A stretch of 64,000 bases of DNA from contig NC_086374.1 of NCBI RefSeq assembly GCF_036588685.1, positions 45,384,001-45,448,000 on the forward strand, given 5' to 3'. The DNA is from Mytilus trossulus (lineage: Eukaryota). Shown here piece by piece: positions 53,101 to 63,192 of the stretch. The stretch's first letter is position 1, and each line of letters starts with the position of its first letter. The translations under genes were made by a program, and so were the position numbers. The notes beneath the pieces are model-generated. The model saw only the letters and a program-made list of their open reading frames with translations. It was not told where the DNA came from and made no database searches.

Positions 53101-55491
53101 TTATATGGATCTTACTTGTATGTTAGTAATCTTGGAACTGGAGTATACAGGATACAGAAAAACAAACAGAATGCTGTGCCACACAGAATATCTGGGACGC
53201 ATCATTCAGCTTATGGTGTAAAGATAACAAGTAAGCATCATGAAACAAATAACTATTTATACTGTTTTCTTGGTGAACGTCCTAACAACATATATAACAA
53301 ATAGTGTTTATCCGTATATAAGCGTTTCTCAGCTTCCTTACCTTTCAAAATTTTAGAATTCATTCAAGCCAATGAAACTGGGCCCACACTAATGAACAAG
53401 CTTCCTTACTTTTCAAAATTTTAGAATTCATTCAAGCCAATGAAACTGGGCCCACACTAATGAACAATCAAACAGTATCACTTGTTGATAAGTAATACAT
53501 TGTAATTCCAAAATGACGCGTATGGTGTCTACAACTATAGCATTGCACCGTTAATCAAATATCTGCTACGAATGAACTTACTTTATTGTTCAAAAGAATA
53601 AATGAAAACTTCTGTAACTTGGTAATGTCTTCTATAAAATTGTTTTTAAAGACAGGTTTATATTACTTTTATATATGAATTTATTTATATTCGTATGACG
53701 TTTGGCATCATTCCGAGTCATATCTGAAGCCGCTCAACCTGTCGATAGTATGATACCATGATTCATCCCTATTCAATTACAAAATTTTATCAATGGTTGT
53801 CATAATTTAAAAGTTTTGAAATCTATATGCTACACAACAGACGGTAAACGTGAGACACACAAAACACAAACATACATATAGATGCCAACATAGAAAGTAG
53901 TTGAATTGATAACATAACGTCATATGTGTGGCTGAAAAATTGTCTTTTATGACCCCAAATCAGACGGAAAACCCGCATAACAATACATTAATAGGAAAGA
54001 AAGAAAATCAGCTTCTAAATAAAATAAGTATAGATAGCAGGATTTTGTACGCCAGACGAACTGTTCTTCTCCAAGAGACTCATTAGTGACGATCTAATCA
54101 AACAACGTCAACAAATCCCAAAAGGTATCAACTTGTGTATTATTATGGACCCACATTTCTCACTGGATTCTCAAAAATACAGCTAAGATAATCTTCTCCT
54201 GACTTATGTCTGAAAAAAACGGGAAAATAAGTATATTTGCCTGCACATTGCACTTACTACATGTATTTATAATGATTGATATTGTAGAAAGTCACAGTGA
54301 CACAAGTGATGCAACAACGATGAAAGGTAAGGTCATTTTGTCTTTTTCATTTTCATCATCATAATCGCTATCGTTTGTTTTTTATCTCCTTTTCATTTTT
54401 TAGTATAGTTTAGTAAATATTTATGTTGTTACAATAATATAATACATGCTCACATTCAATTTGTATATATATATATATATTGTATTGTGGAGAAGGCTAA
54501 CTTGTGTTTGATCCTTTTTCGCATTGATCAAATCAAATATGTTTAAACTAAAATATTATTCAAGATATATTTCATGGCGATGCAACATATATAATTGAAA
54601 CGATATTTCACCAGATTCCCGATTGCCACCATTTTTTTGAGTAACAATTAGGCCAGCAGAATCCAGGCGAATTGCAAACGATCTCAAATCATTCCATCCA
54701 CATTACAGTGAACAATTTCATTAACCACCTCTATGAACTTTTGTGTTTTGTGTTTTCTTATGGCAGTATGCTTCAAATATTCAGTACATAACGACATGTG
54801 ATTACAGCACATGTTTATAAAATCAGTACTTTAAATCTAGAGACTTCCTGTGTTTTTTGTAATTTCATCTGTGTATATATCTCCAAGACTAGGTGATTGT
54901 GCGTAAATAACAAACTTATCTTGCTGGAAAATAATATTCAAATCAATAAATAAGTATACTCTACATGTTTTACTTGAGTTAAATTGTAACGGAATGCGCG
55001 CAAATGAAACCAATAGTTGCGCGATAACATTTGTATTCCCGGTGAAAGTCTACCTGTTTGCTCGTATTCTCCTGTATGAAGAGCTTTTTATATACATAGA
55101 GTGTTATATATCCATGATGGGTAAATATTTAAAATTGGTATCTATCTGGTATCTCTGATAGCGAAAGTCTACCTGTTGGCTCTTATTCCCTTGTATGAAG
55201 AGCTTGTTATATACCTAGAGTGTTATATATTCATGATGGGTAAACATTTAAAATGGGTGTCTTGCATCTCTGATGTCATCGTAGAATTTCCTCATCCAGA
55301 TTTTGGATAAATATCATTTACACAACATGTCTGCATCAAAGTATTAAAACAATCAAAATCTGTAAGATATTTCGAACAAATAATTTTCCTTTTTTTGTTA
55401 TTTTTCAGGATCTGTTGGACAAATGATCATACTGTTTGCTGGAATCCTATTCGTTGAATTTCAAAACATTCATATCCATATAAAATGGTGA
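44081..55491 (+). CDS. Stand-alone YWTD beta-propeller protein (LRP/LDLR class B repeat family), 323 aa; join(44081..44138,49773..49953,50259..50480,51519..51634,52958..53230,54288..54326,55409..55491)
   Basis: All introns are GT-AG with compatible phases (1,2,2,1,1,1). Exons total 972 nt = 324 codons, open to TGA at 55489-91. Six blade motifs: LLFSN, IYWSD, LYWAD, LYFSD, LYWTD, LYVSN. Signal peptide MFTILSCTIVAFYLVQLKFVSG-SE; hydrophobic C-terminus. Confidence 0.85.
44228..44412 (-). mobile_element. tRNA-derived SINE with V-domain-like core, internally deleted, in intron 1
   Basis: B box GAGTTCGAATCCC, GGTCGGTGGTTCTCTCTGTGCACTCCGG core and TTAAACACCAATCAATCAA tail. Confidence 0.7.
47986..48189. 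mobile_element. Fold-back/palindromic MITE-like element with a nested retroelement tail
   Basis: ~55-bp inverted arms (TAACTTCACTGGGGATGTAAAAGCGTTGACC vs GTGAACGCTTTTACAACCCTGTGAAGTTA); foreign sequence at ~48050-48096. Confidence 0.7.
49165..49349 (+). mobile_element. Retrozyme-like repeat copy in intron 1, HHR core destroyed
   Basis: acgtta-CTTATGA-gtcttgtgtggac-GAGG at 49278-49313; flanks match the family. Confidence 0.7.
49773..49953 (+). CDS. Coding exon 2 (SGSEPQLLFSNN...VDYHLTDGSIYWSDQNKQTISR)
   Basis: Acceptor TTTAG at 49772 (alternative in-frame CAG at 49778), donor AG|GTATCA; LLFSN and YWSD motifs. Confidence 0.9.
50259..50480 (+). CDS. Coding exon 3 (KTCSLG...AMGIAVDSINDHLYWADIDRAAIKRSSLNGS...TPVAITIDTSNS)
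   Basis: Polypyrimidine tract plus AAG acceptor, donor AG|GTAAAT; classic GIAVD-LYWAD-I.RSSLNG repeat. Missing from the ORF track. Confidence 0.93.
51519..51634 (+). CDS. Coding exon 4 (WLYFSDHGRHTIEKCKFDGSSRHTLINEDVQTPYGLAL)
   Basis: TTTACAG acceptor, G|GTAAAT donor; YWTD-type repeat with P.GLALD. Confidence 0.93.
52112..52366 (-). mobile_element. Copy of the 58488 family in intron 4
   Basis: Near-colinear reverse complement of 58560-58805; explains the similar spurious ORFs SSTTGVT.EAGSAYP and SNTTGATCGAGSDYP. Confidence 0.8.
52958..53230 (+). CDS. Coding exon 5 (DLNSKRLYWTDSALYHIKSSNLDGTD...GIDLYGSYLYVSN...AYGVKIT)
   Basis: CATACAG acceptor, A|GTAAGC donor; canonical YWTD motif; lies within ORF 52879..53304. 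Confidence 0.93.
53331..53467. repeat. Tandem duplication, 68 bp x2 (intron 5)
   Basis: AGCTTCCTTAC.TTTCAAAATTTTAGAATTCATTCAAGCCAATGAAACTGGGCCCACACTAATGAACA occurs twice. Confidence 0.93.
54035..54200 (-). mobile_element. Degenerate retrozyme-like repeat copy in intron 5
   Basis: tacgccagacg...gactcattagtgacg; core reads CUAAUGA/GAAC. Confidence 0.6.
54288..54326 (+). CDS. Coding exon 6, 39-nt Ser/Thr linker micro-exon (KSHSDTSDATTMK)
   Basis: TTGTAG acceptor, AAG|GTAAGG donor, symmetric phase 1, open frame. Confidence 0.7.
55044..55273. repeat. Tandem duplication, ~119 bp x2 (intron 6)
   Basis: GAAAGTCTACCTGTT.GCTC.TATTC...ATCTCTGAT at 55044 and 55163. Confidence 0.88.
55409..55491 (+). 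CDS. Terminal coding exon (GSVGQMIILFAGILFVEFQNIHIHIKW*)
   Basis: Long polypyrimidine tract with TTTTTCAG acceptor, phase 1, hydrophobic stretch, stop followed by AATAAA. Confidence 0.75.
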
Positions 55492-55495
55492 ACAA

Positions 55496-55501
55496 AATAA
55501 A
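55496..55501 (+). promoter_or_regulatory. Candidate polyadenylation signal (second candidate at 55848-55853)
   Basis: AATAAA just after the stop codon; weak evidence in AT-rich DNA. Confidence 0.3.
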
Positions 55502-55521
55502 ATAATTAAACTCTCCTCATT

Positions 55522-55620
55522 GATTTGAATTTTGAATTTATAAATTTTCCCTATACTAGCAGCAATATACCGACTTCACCTGCGTATAGGATATATATTT
55601 TCCAACTCATTCAGTATTGT
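55522..55620 (+). mobile_element. Penelope-like RT C-terminal (thumb region) fragment
   Basis: Translates as DLNFEFINFPYTSSNIPTSPAYRIYIFQLIQYC, matching the DFNFxIxNFPxxxSNIPxxPAYGxYISQLxRY motif I recognise from invertebrate Penelope-like RTs. Confidence 0.7.
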
Positions 55621-57699
55621 TTAGAAACTATTTCATAGATTCTAGGTACTAACGTTGTTGGTCATCTTAATTAGGTGTTAAAGTCATCTTTGCTGTCCTT
55701 GTTTATTATTTACTCTTACCATTTACACAATTTAGATTATTTACTGATGACGTGGATCCTTATTTATATACCCACCATTGTAGTACTGTGTTATTGTCAA
55801 TTTTGAGTAATTGTCTTCATTTTTACTTATATGTTTTGGTTTATAGAAATAAAGATTATATTACAATGTTAACTGCTCATACATTCTTGTTAATTTAATT
55901 GAATTCTATGCGACTTTTATACAATTGACTTGTCTAGCTAGCTATAAAACCAGGTTTAATTCCAAAAGATTTTTTGACAAATTTCACACCAACTTCATTA
56001 CAAAAAGTTAAAATAACATTTTCTCAAAAAGAGATAAAAAATGTTTGTATTGTTGTGAAATTTATTTATTTTGAAATTTGTGTTTAACTCCGCTGTTGGA
56101 GATTACTAATTAGCGCCTATAAAAAACTGTGATTTTGTTTTTTTTTGGTAAATTAATGCCTTCGATAATAAAATCTTCTGAGTACTGAATTATTATAAAC
56201 TGAATAACTGCTTCCTGTTTTTATAGTAGTAATTAAGTCAATAAGGAGTGAACTTTCTTTTCTTAATAAATGATAAATTGAAAAAATATCACTTTATTTT
56301 ATAACTATTTTTAATTTCATTTTGCAAAATAAATTTGATTTAAAAATTTGGTTTGTTTTGGGTTAAATCTATAGAACTCTTGTATACAGTTTGCTTTTTT
56401 ATTGGTTTCCTTATATTTAGTTTGACAAAATGTATTATAAAAATTACCACAAGAGGAGCAGAAAGATACCAGAGAGATATTCAATTGGTACCATTAATGT
56501 TATAATTATCAAACTCATTTATCGAACATTTTAAATCAACCCAAAATGAATTGAAATATTAAAAGTCCTGTGACTGAATAGCAAGGTTCACATCAACTCT
56601 AGTGTAGAGTCGTTTGTTTGACGTCAAAATGTAAACGTCACACAGGAAGAGATATAAAAAAAAATTGTCGTTCAAAGTATATGTAAAATTATGATAAAAG
56701 AATAACATAATGGCATTATAATAGAATAATAACAATGAATTTCTGGCAATGAACTACTTAATATGACAAACGATGAAAGAATTATCTTTCTGATGACAAA
56801 CTATCCTAGAAAGCTGGCTAAGTATACAGTGAAAGCGTTCTGGTATAGACGTGAAGTGTTATATAATACATGAACAGTTTGATAAACAGTATATAGCAAT
56901 TCCAGTTGACAGTATTGATTGTATTTGACTGTAAAATGAAAATGTAAAAAGGTTACTTCATGGTCAATCTGAATGTTTCCAGTTTTTTTACTTTAAATAT
57001 TAATTTATTATGCATTCAACTGGACATTTATTAAATCGATTTCCTAATAACTTAATTCTTTTTATATAAGTTTGAATTTTTCAATATTAATTAATTATTT
57101 TGAAATTTAGCTTAATCTTACTTTTCATTAATTTGTTTGAAATCCGTGATAAAAGAATTACGTTTTATTATTTGAAAGTGACTTATAGACCCAATGTGTC
57201 GGTTGTATTTTATTGTGTATGTAATATATTTGTACTTTACTGTGATTACACATGTCACTATAATAAACATTTACTTACTTACTTACTTACTATAACATAA
57301 TGGCGAGATGTTTAAAAGTACAGAGACACGTCATGAGTACCAAAGTAACACAAAAGTCACACGTACAAAACACACCAGCAAAAATAAAACATAATACAAA
57401 CAACACATTGACGGGATGTATACGTACCGAGCCATGCCAAATGGATATCACCGAAAACAGATCAGACAATAAAAGTTATATTAATAATAGAACAAATAAA
57501 AATAAAAAACCAATACAAATAACGTAAGTACGCAGAATCTATACACCAAGACCATCATGTATTATTTTTGAAGTTGATACGGATTATTTAATAACAATGA
57601 CGATTTACCTTCAAATGAACTTTTTTTTTAGAAAAAGGACAAAACTTTCGGAGATATATCCCTGGTTCATTCACTTTCTGCTCAGACACAAAGTCGAAA

Positions 57700-57960
57700 A
57701 GTTGGCAAACACAAACCCCACCAAGACCTGGGTGAGAGATTGCAGCAGGTGCTCCGAAATGGTACACAGATCCTGCTACACATGTGGCACCCGTCGTGTT
57801 GCTCATGTTATTATTAACTTGGTTAATAGTTTAATTCGATAGGTCACAGTCGTGAAAAAGGGAACGGAAGTGTAGGTACGACGTGAGGAACATATCCGAT
57901 AACATCTGTGAAACGGATATTCAATTCATGATGGCGTCCGTAAAATTTTCGAAGGGTTGA
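57700..57960 (-). mobile_element. Penelope-like element fragment (ORF end STLRKFYGRHHEL plus 3' region)
   Basis: Minus-strand translation of 57960-57922; the rest is homologous to 58488-58660. Confidence 0.65.
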
Positions 57961-57996
57961 TATAGTTTTAACTTTTTTTTCTCAAGCTTACGTGTC

Positions 57997-58142
57997 CAAT
58001 AAAATTAACGCTACCAATTTTCTTGCACCAGATGCGCATTTCGACAATATTTGTCTCTTCAGTGATGCTCGTGGCCAAAATATTTGAAATCCAAAGCTTA
58101 CATAAAAGATGAAGAGCTATAATCCAAAAGGTTAAAAAAGTA
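57997..58142 (-). mobile_element. Family 3 HHR-bearing repeat
   Basis: Carries the intact HHR; flank GAAGAGC...ATCCAAAA..AAAAAG resembles family 1; a relic copy lies at 51873-51935. Confidence 0.7.
58025..58070 (-). ncRNA. Type I hammerhead ribozyme, family 3, intact
   Basis: Minus strand reads gagcauca-CUGAAGA-gacaa(aua)uuguc-GAAA-ugcgca-UC^uggugc. AUC triplet; predicted cut at 58031/58030. Confidence 0.92.
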
Positions 58143-58373
58143 TACTGTTGTGTATTTTGTTAATTGAAATTTAAGTATGTACTTCAAAACAATTCTGAAA
58201 GTATCAAGTGTTCTTTTGTTTAATTTTTGTCTTTTTTTACATCTTTTTCTTTCTGTATTTTTTTTCATACTTACTACAACACCATTTTGCTAATACTTTA
58301 TTTTTGTAATATTTGAATGCTTAAAATTACTGACTGTATCTTTTAACTGTTATTGATTTTTTATTTGTATGTT

Positions 58374-58420
58374 GTATGTATGTAAGTAAATAAGTAAGTA
58401 AGTAAGTAAGTAAGTAAATA
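58374..58420. repeat. (AAGT)n microsatellite; complementary (TTAC)n at 57270-57291
   Basis: Direct observation; both follow T-rich 3'UTR-like stretches and are probably retroposon tails. Confidence 0.85.
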
Positions 58421-58487
58421 AATAGTTAATTAAAGTGTCACACATTGATTGGCATAAATACAGCCAAACCTGTTACAAGATATGATT

Positions 58488-58805
58488 TCGGATATTTTCC
58501 TTACATCGTAACTACAATCCCCTTCCCTTTCATAAATGTGACCTACCGAGTCAGACTATTTACCGGATTTGTCAAGCAACACGACGGGTGCCACATGTGG
58601 AGCAGGATCTGATTACCCTTCCGGGGCACCTGAGATCACCCCTAGTGTTTGGTGGGGTTCGTGTTGGTTATTCTTTTGTTTTCTGTATTGTGTCATGTGT
58701 ACTATTGTTTGTCTGTTTGTCTTTTTCATTTTAAGCCATGGCGTTGTCAGTTTGTTTTCGATTTACGAGTTTGACCGTCCCTTTGATATTTTTCGTCCCT
58801 CTTTT
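58488..58805 (+). mobile_element. 3' end of an abundant retroelement family ending GGTATCTTTCGTCCCTCTTTT
   Basis: Other copies: 52112-52366(-), 27810-28110(-), 42935-43130(-), 63215-63350(-), 51790-51872(+), 52610-52789(+), 62632-62682(+), 48060-48096(+), 34480-34585(+). Confidence 0.8.
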
Positions 58806-61306
58806 AAAAGACCACTTAAAGGAGAACAACAAAAATGGCCTCGTAAGACATATGGTCTTTTAATTCAGGTTTAACTTACATCACATGTACTACAAAGGTC
58901 TCTGTAACTGGTGGCCTTTAACACAGGCTTTTTTCTGAATACTGGTGGTCTCTGGCGCAGGGTTGACTGTATAAGCAATTGTATAAATATATACACATCA
59001 AACAATCAATATCCAGAAATAAAAACGACTTATGAGACACTATAAAACTAAAAATTTCAATAATAAAAAAAATATATATGACGTAAAAATTACAACAATT
59101 GGCAATAAAAAATTAATAATCAATATATTCAAATTATATTTAACTTTTTTAAGTCTGACTTTTTCTCATAAAATTAAACTTATAAAACTCTGAGACTAAT
59201 AGAAAATTCAGAAAACAGCTGTAAAACAATTTGTTTCGCCAGAAAAATATATAAAAGTTTGCAAAGGAGATATTGTTTATCATAACAGTTCACAATTTCA
59301 ACAAATTTATATCAAGGCAGTGAAAATCTTGAATGTATTTTGAACAGTAATGAAAAAGGTTATATCGAATATCGTGATTAAGCGTGCATTCCATAAGAAC
59401 ATGATTTTCTGTTTATACACTACATCTATCACCCTACGATAAACAAAGTCTGTCTTTTACGGGTGTATGCAGCCTGGAGTAACTGCCAATTCCGTTCGCT
59501 AGCAATGTATGTAAGCATAGATGGAAAATATATGTATTAAATAATGGCATAGGTGAAGACATCTACAATTCGGTATCGAAAAGTCTCATTATGCCGATAA
59601 TAAAAACAATACTCGTTTCATTGTTATTACAACAAATAGGTCATAATTACAGAATATGGTGTTTTGTTTTTGTATGTTTAAAATATGAATACCAAAATAG
59701 CCAAAACTTTGGACATAAAGTGTCTAGTCACATATAAGCACTAAACATTTTGAAATATCATTGCGTCTTAAAAACAGGACAGGTTTCGACTAAAAACAAT
59801 TGTCGGAGACTATTGGGGTTGAAAACATCGAATGCATTCCAGCGAAGTAAATGATGGAACATGTTTTATGAAAAGAAATTGACCATGATTGTAAAGACTG
59901 ATTTGGGAGAAATATACAGATTTGAAGGGTAAGACATATTTTTATGAAGATTGACCTATTTGAGAGAATTAGAGAGTAAGATGCGTATATTAAAATAATG
60001 TCTCCGATAGACATTTTAGTAGCAAATACGGCATGTGATATCTGATTACATTTGCTAAATAAACCCAAAAGTAGTGAATTTAGGTCGATGTAAAATGCTT
60101 TAGGCCCAAACAAGGAAATCATGGACAAATGTTAATGATAATTTAGTGTCAAATACTATACACGTACTATTTTACATCACTAAACTTATTCTAGATACTA
60201 GGAATAGAATAATGTACGCTAGACGCGTTATATATTAAGATCAATTTACACCATTGATATACAGTAATAACCAAACGCGTCAAAGGTCATACAGGCAAAC
60301 TATGTCTTTCATTTGTCCACCTGACATAGTTTTTTATGCGGCTATTTTTGTGAAATGTAGTGTTAAAAATAAAAAAAAGGATTTCTACCTCAGGGTAAAA
60401 ATGATCTTAGTCAGATATGGTACCACGTCTTTTTATGGTTTTGACTGGTTTTATGGTTGAGTCCTTCAATTATAGTTTGATAGGATCTTTACTACTGTCT
60501 TTTACATATATAGTTGAAATATGTTATGTATTATTGTTTGTAGTCTAAATAACTACATGTATTTTCTTGTAAATTCTTTGGACTAGTTATAGTATCGTGA
60601 AAATAATTGTATAAAGGTCGAGTTTGCATGTTAGTTACGTAAGCGTGTCACTGATTTTTATATCATGCAGTTTACATGCATGTTGTGTTGACTATTATAT
60701 TATATGGGTGTGCGTTTCTCTGTAATGAATGTTCTTGCGCGCGTTTTGGTTGTACTTTTGTCATGAAGTGTTGTATTTTTTTCAGTGTTATTTTTATCAT
60801 TGTAACAAGCGGAAGGTTTGTCGAGCCATTAAACCAGGTTAAACCCACCATATTTTTGTATTTACTGTAACTAATCGGGCATATGGCAGTTGTTATCAAA
60901 AAGTTCGTTTCAATGTATGTTAGTGTTTATTTTTGTTGCATTTCTGATCAGTGTTCCTGTTGTTTTTATGTTTTCCTCTTATAGTTAAATGTGTTTCCCT
61001 CGGTATTAGTTTGTAGTCTTGTGATTTGTTTTCTTTCAATCGATTTATGACTTTTGCACATCGGTATACTACTGTTGCCTTTATTTTGTATACTAAATTA
61101 CACATCTTGTACTTTTCATAATTGTAACCGTGAACACTTTGTTTACCCGTTTTTTTGTAAATATTGTATTTTCTTTTATATAAATGATAATTTTCTGTTT
61201 ATTTTCCTGAAGTATTTAATCCAAAAATGAATCAATACCAAGTAAATTATTGTTTATGAATATTGAAAATTGAAGTGTATACAATCAACTTTATTGAATA
61301 CAAATA

Positions 61307-61620
61307 ACAGAGGGTATCACCAGCACAGTAGTCTGAACTTCGGTGTTGACATGAATATCAATTATATGGTCATTTGTAAGAGTTAACTGTTTGCAAAAGT
61401 ATGAAATATTCGAAATACTAAGGATGTTCCCATCCCAGGCATAGATTATTTTAGCAGTATTTGGCAAAAGTTTTTGATTTTTTGGTTCTCAGTGCTCTTC
61501 AACTTTATACTCGTTTGGCTGTTTAACTATTTTTATCTTTTTGATCACTGCTGAGTCTTATGGAGACGAAACGCGCATATGGTGAATCAAATTAAAAGTC
61601 TGGTACCTTTGACAACAATT
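61307..61620 (+). mobile_element. Longest copy (~310 bp) of the retrozyme-like repeat, with mutated HHR (CUGCUGA) at 61543-61585
   Basis: Aligns with the reverse complement of 41971-42176; ends GGTACCTTTGACAACAATT. Confidence 0.75.
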
Positions 61621-62774
61621 GTATCATATTAATATGAATCTGTATCTTGATCTACCCAATTCATATATGCATCGATTTATCAAACTATGTAACGAAATGT
61701 ATCTATTCTTATAACGTTGTTTTTAATTGAATGTATGATCACATATTGAAGAAACAAATGAATTGAGGTAAAACAGCAAAGTTTAAAATAATATACAACA
61801 ATACATATGAACAGGAAAAACTTATTAACTTATTATCTACTATTTGATGCAGTATTATTTTTTTCTACCAATATAAACAAAACTGCATTTATATGTATGT
61901 ATGAAAATAATCTGTACACGTGAAAACCAACATACTGTATAGTAGTTTTCTTTGAACACCTTTAATAAGTTTTACAAAATAATTAATTTATTTTTGTAAC
62001 AGAAAAGAAAGGTGCAATAAACATGTGTTTGAGGGTTGGATAGCCTCAAATCAAGGTTAAACCTTCAATTTTTTTCTTCTAAAAGTGTCCTGTACTAATA
62101 CAGAATATGGTAGTTGTTATCTACAGTTCGCTTATAAGTATGTTTGCATTTCCCTTTGTTGCAGGTCAGTATTTCGTTTGTTCAGTTTTATTCCTCTTTT
62201 ACTTGATGTGTTTGAATTTATTTTTTTACTTAACTAAATTATTACTATAGCAACTGGTATACTTTTCTGGTTTCATTATCTGCACTGAATACATGTGAAT
62301 AAGTCAATGGTTTTATATCAAAATATAATAATACTAGGATTGCAATTTGAAGTATGAAGTTATTATTAAGGACAACAGTAGTATACCGGTTATCAAATTC
62401 GTAAATCGATTAAGAAAAAAAACATATCCGGGTTCCAAAATAAAATTGAGGGAAACACATCAAATATAAGAGGGAGAACTACGACACAACAGAAACACAA
62501 AACTAAAATGTAACACACACAGACACGAACTATAATATTACAGTGACCATTTTCCTCACTTGGAATAGGGCATTTTAAGAAAAATATGGTGATTTGAACC
62601 TGATTTTGCGGCTAGACAAACCTCACGCTTGTTTTAGATTTATGAGTTTCACTGTCCCTTTGGTATCTTTCGTCCCTCTTTTATTGTAATGTTAAATATA
62701 ACATTAAAAAGAGAACAATACATGACATGACTACATTACAAATAAATGCAAGGACAAAGACATTACAAATAAAC

Positions 62775-62962
62775 ATTAGACCGTTGGTTTTCCCGTTTGA
62801 ATGGTTTTACACTAGTAATTTTGGGGCCCTTTATAGCTTGTTGTTCGGTGTGAGCCAAGGCTCCGTGTTGAAGGCCGTACTTTAACCTATAATGGTTTAA
62901 TTTTTAAATTGTTATTTGGATGGAGAGTTGTCTCATTGGCACTCGCACCACATCTTCCTATA
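62775..62962 (+). mobile_element. Copy of the 13094 repeat family, opposite orientation
   Basis: Near-identical reverse complement of 26116-26292. Confidence 0.75.
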
Positions 62963-62985
62963 TCTTATTACACTAGGACATGCTA

Positions 62986-63192
62986 ATAGTTATCAAAGGT
63001 ACCTGGCTTTTAATTTAATACACCATACGTGCGTTTCGTCTAATCGAGAATCTTCAATTACGCTCAGAGCAAAAAAGTAAAGAAAGCCAAACAACTACAA
63101 AATTGAAGATCATTGGTGACCCAAAAATTCTAAAAAGCGGAGCCAAATACAGCTAGGGGTTTCTATGCCTAGGATAAAAAAATCATAAGTAT
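62986..63192 (-). mobile_element. Retrozyme-like repeat copy with mutated HHR (UUGAAGA) at 63019-63066
   Basis: Colinear with 41971-42176. Confidence 0.75.

Noticed and set aside
52091-58874. Similar ORFs containing SxTTGxTxxAGSxYP (52091, 57588, 58569) as a gene family
   Set aside because: They are translations of the same non-coding retroelement 3' repeat.
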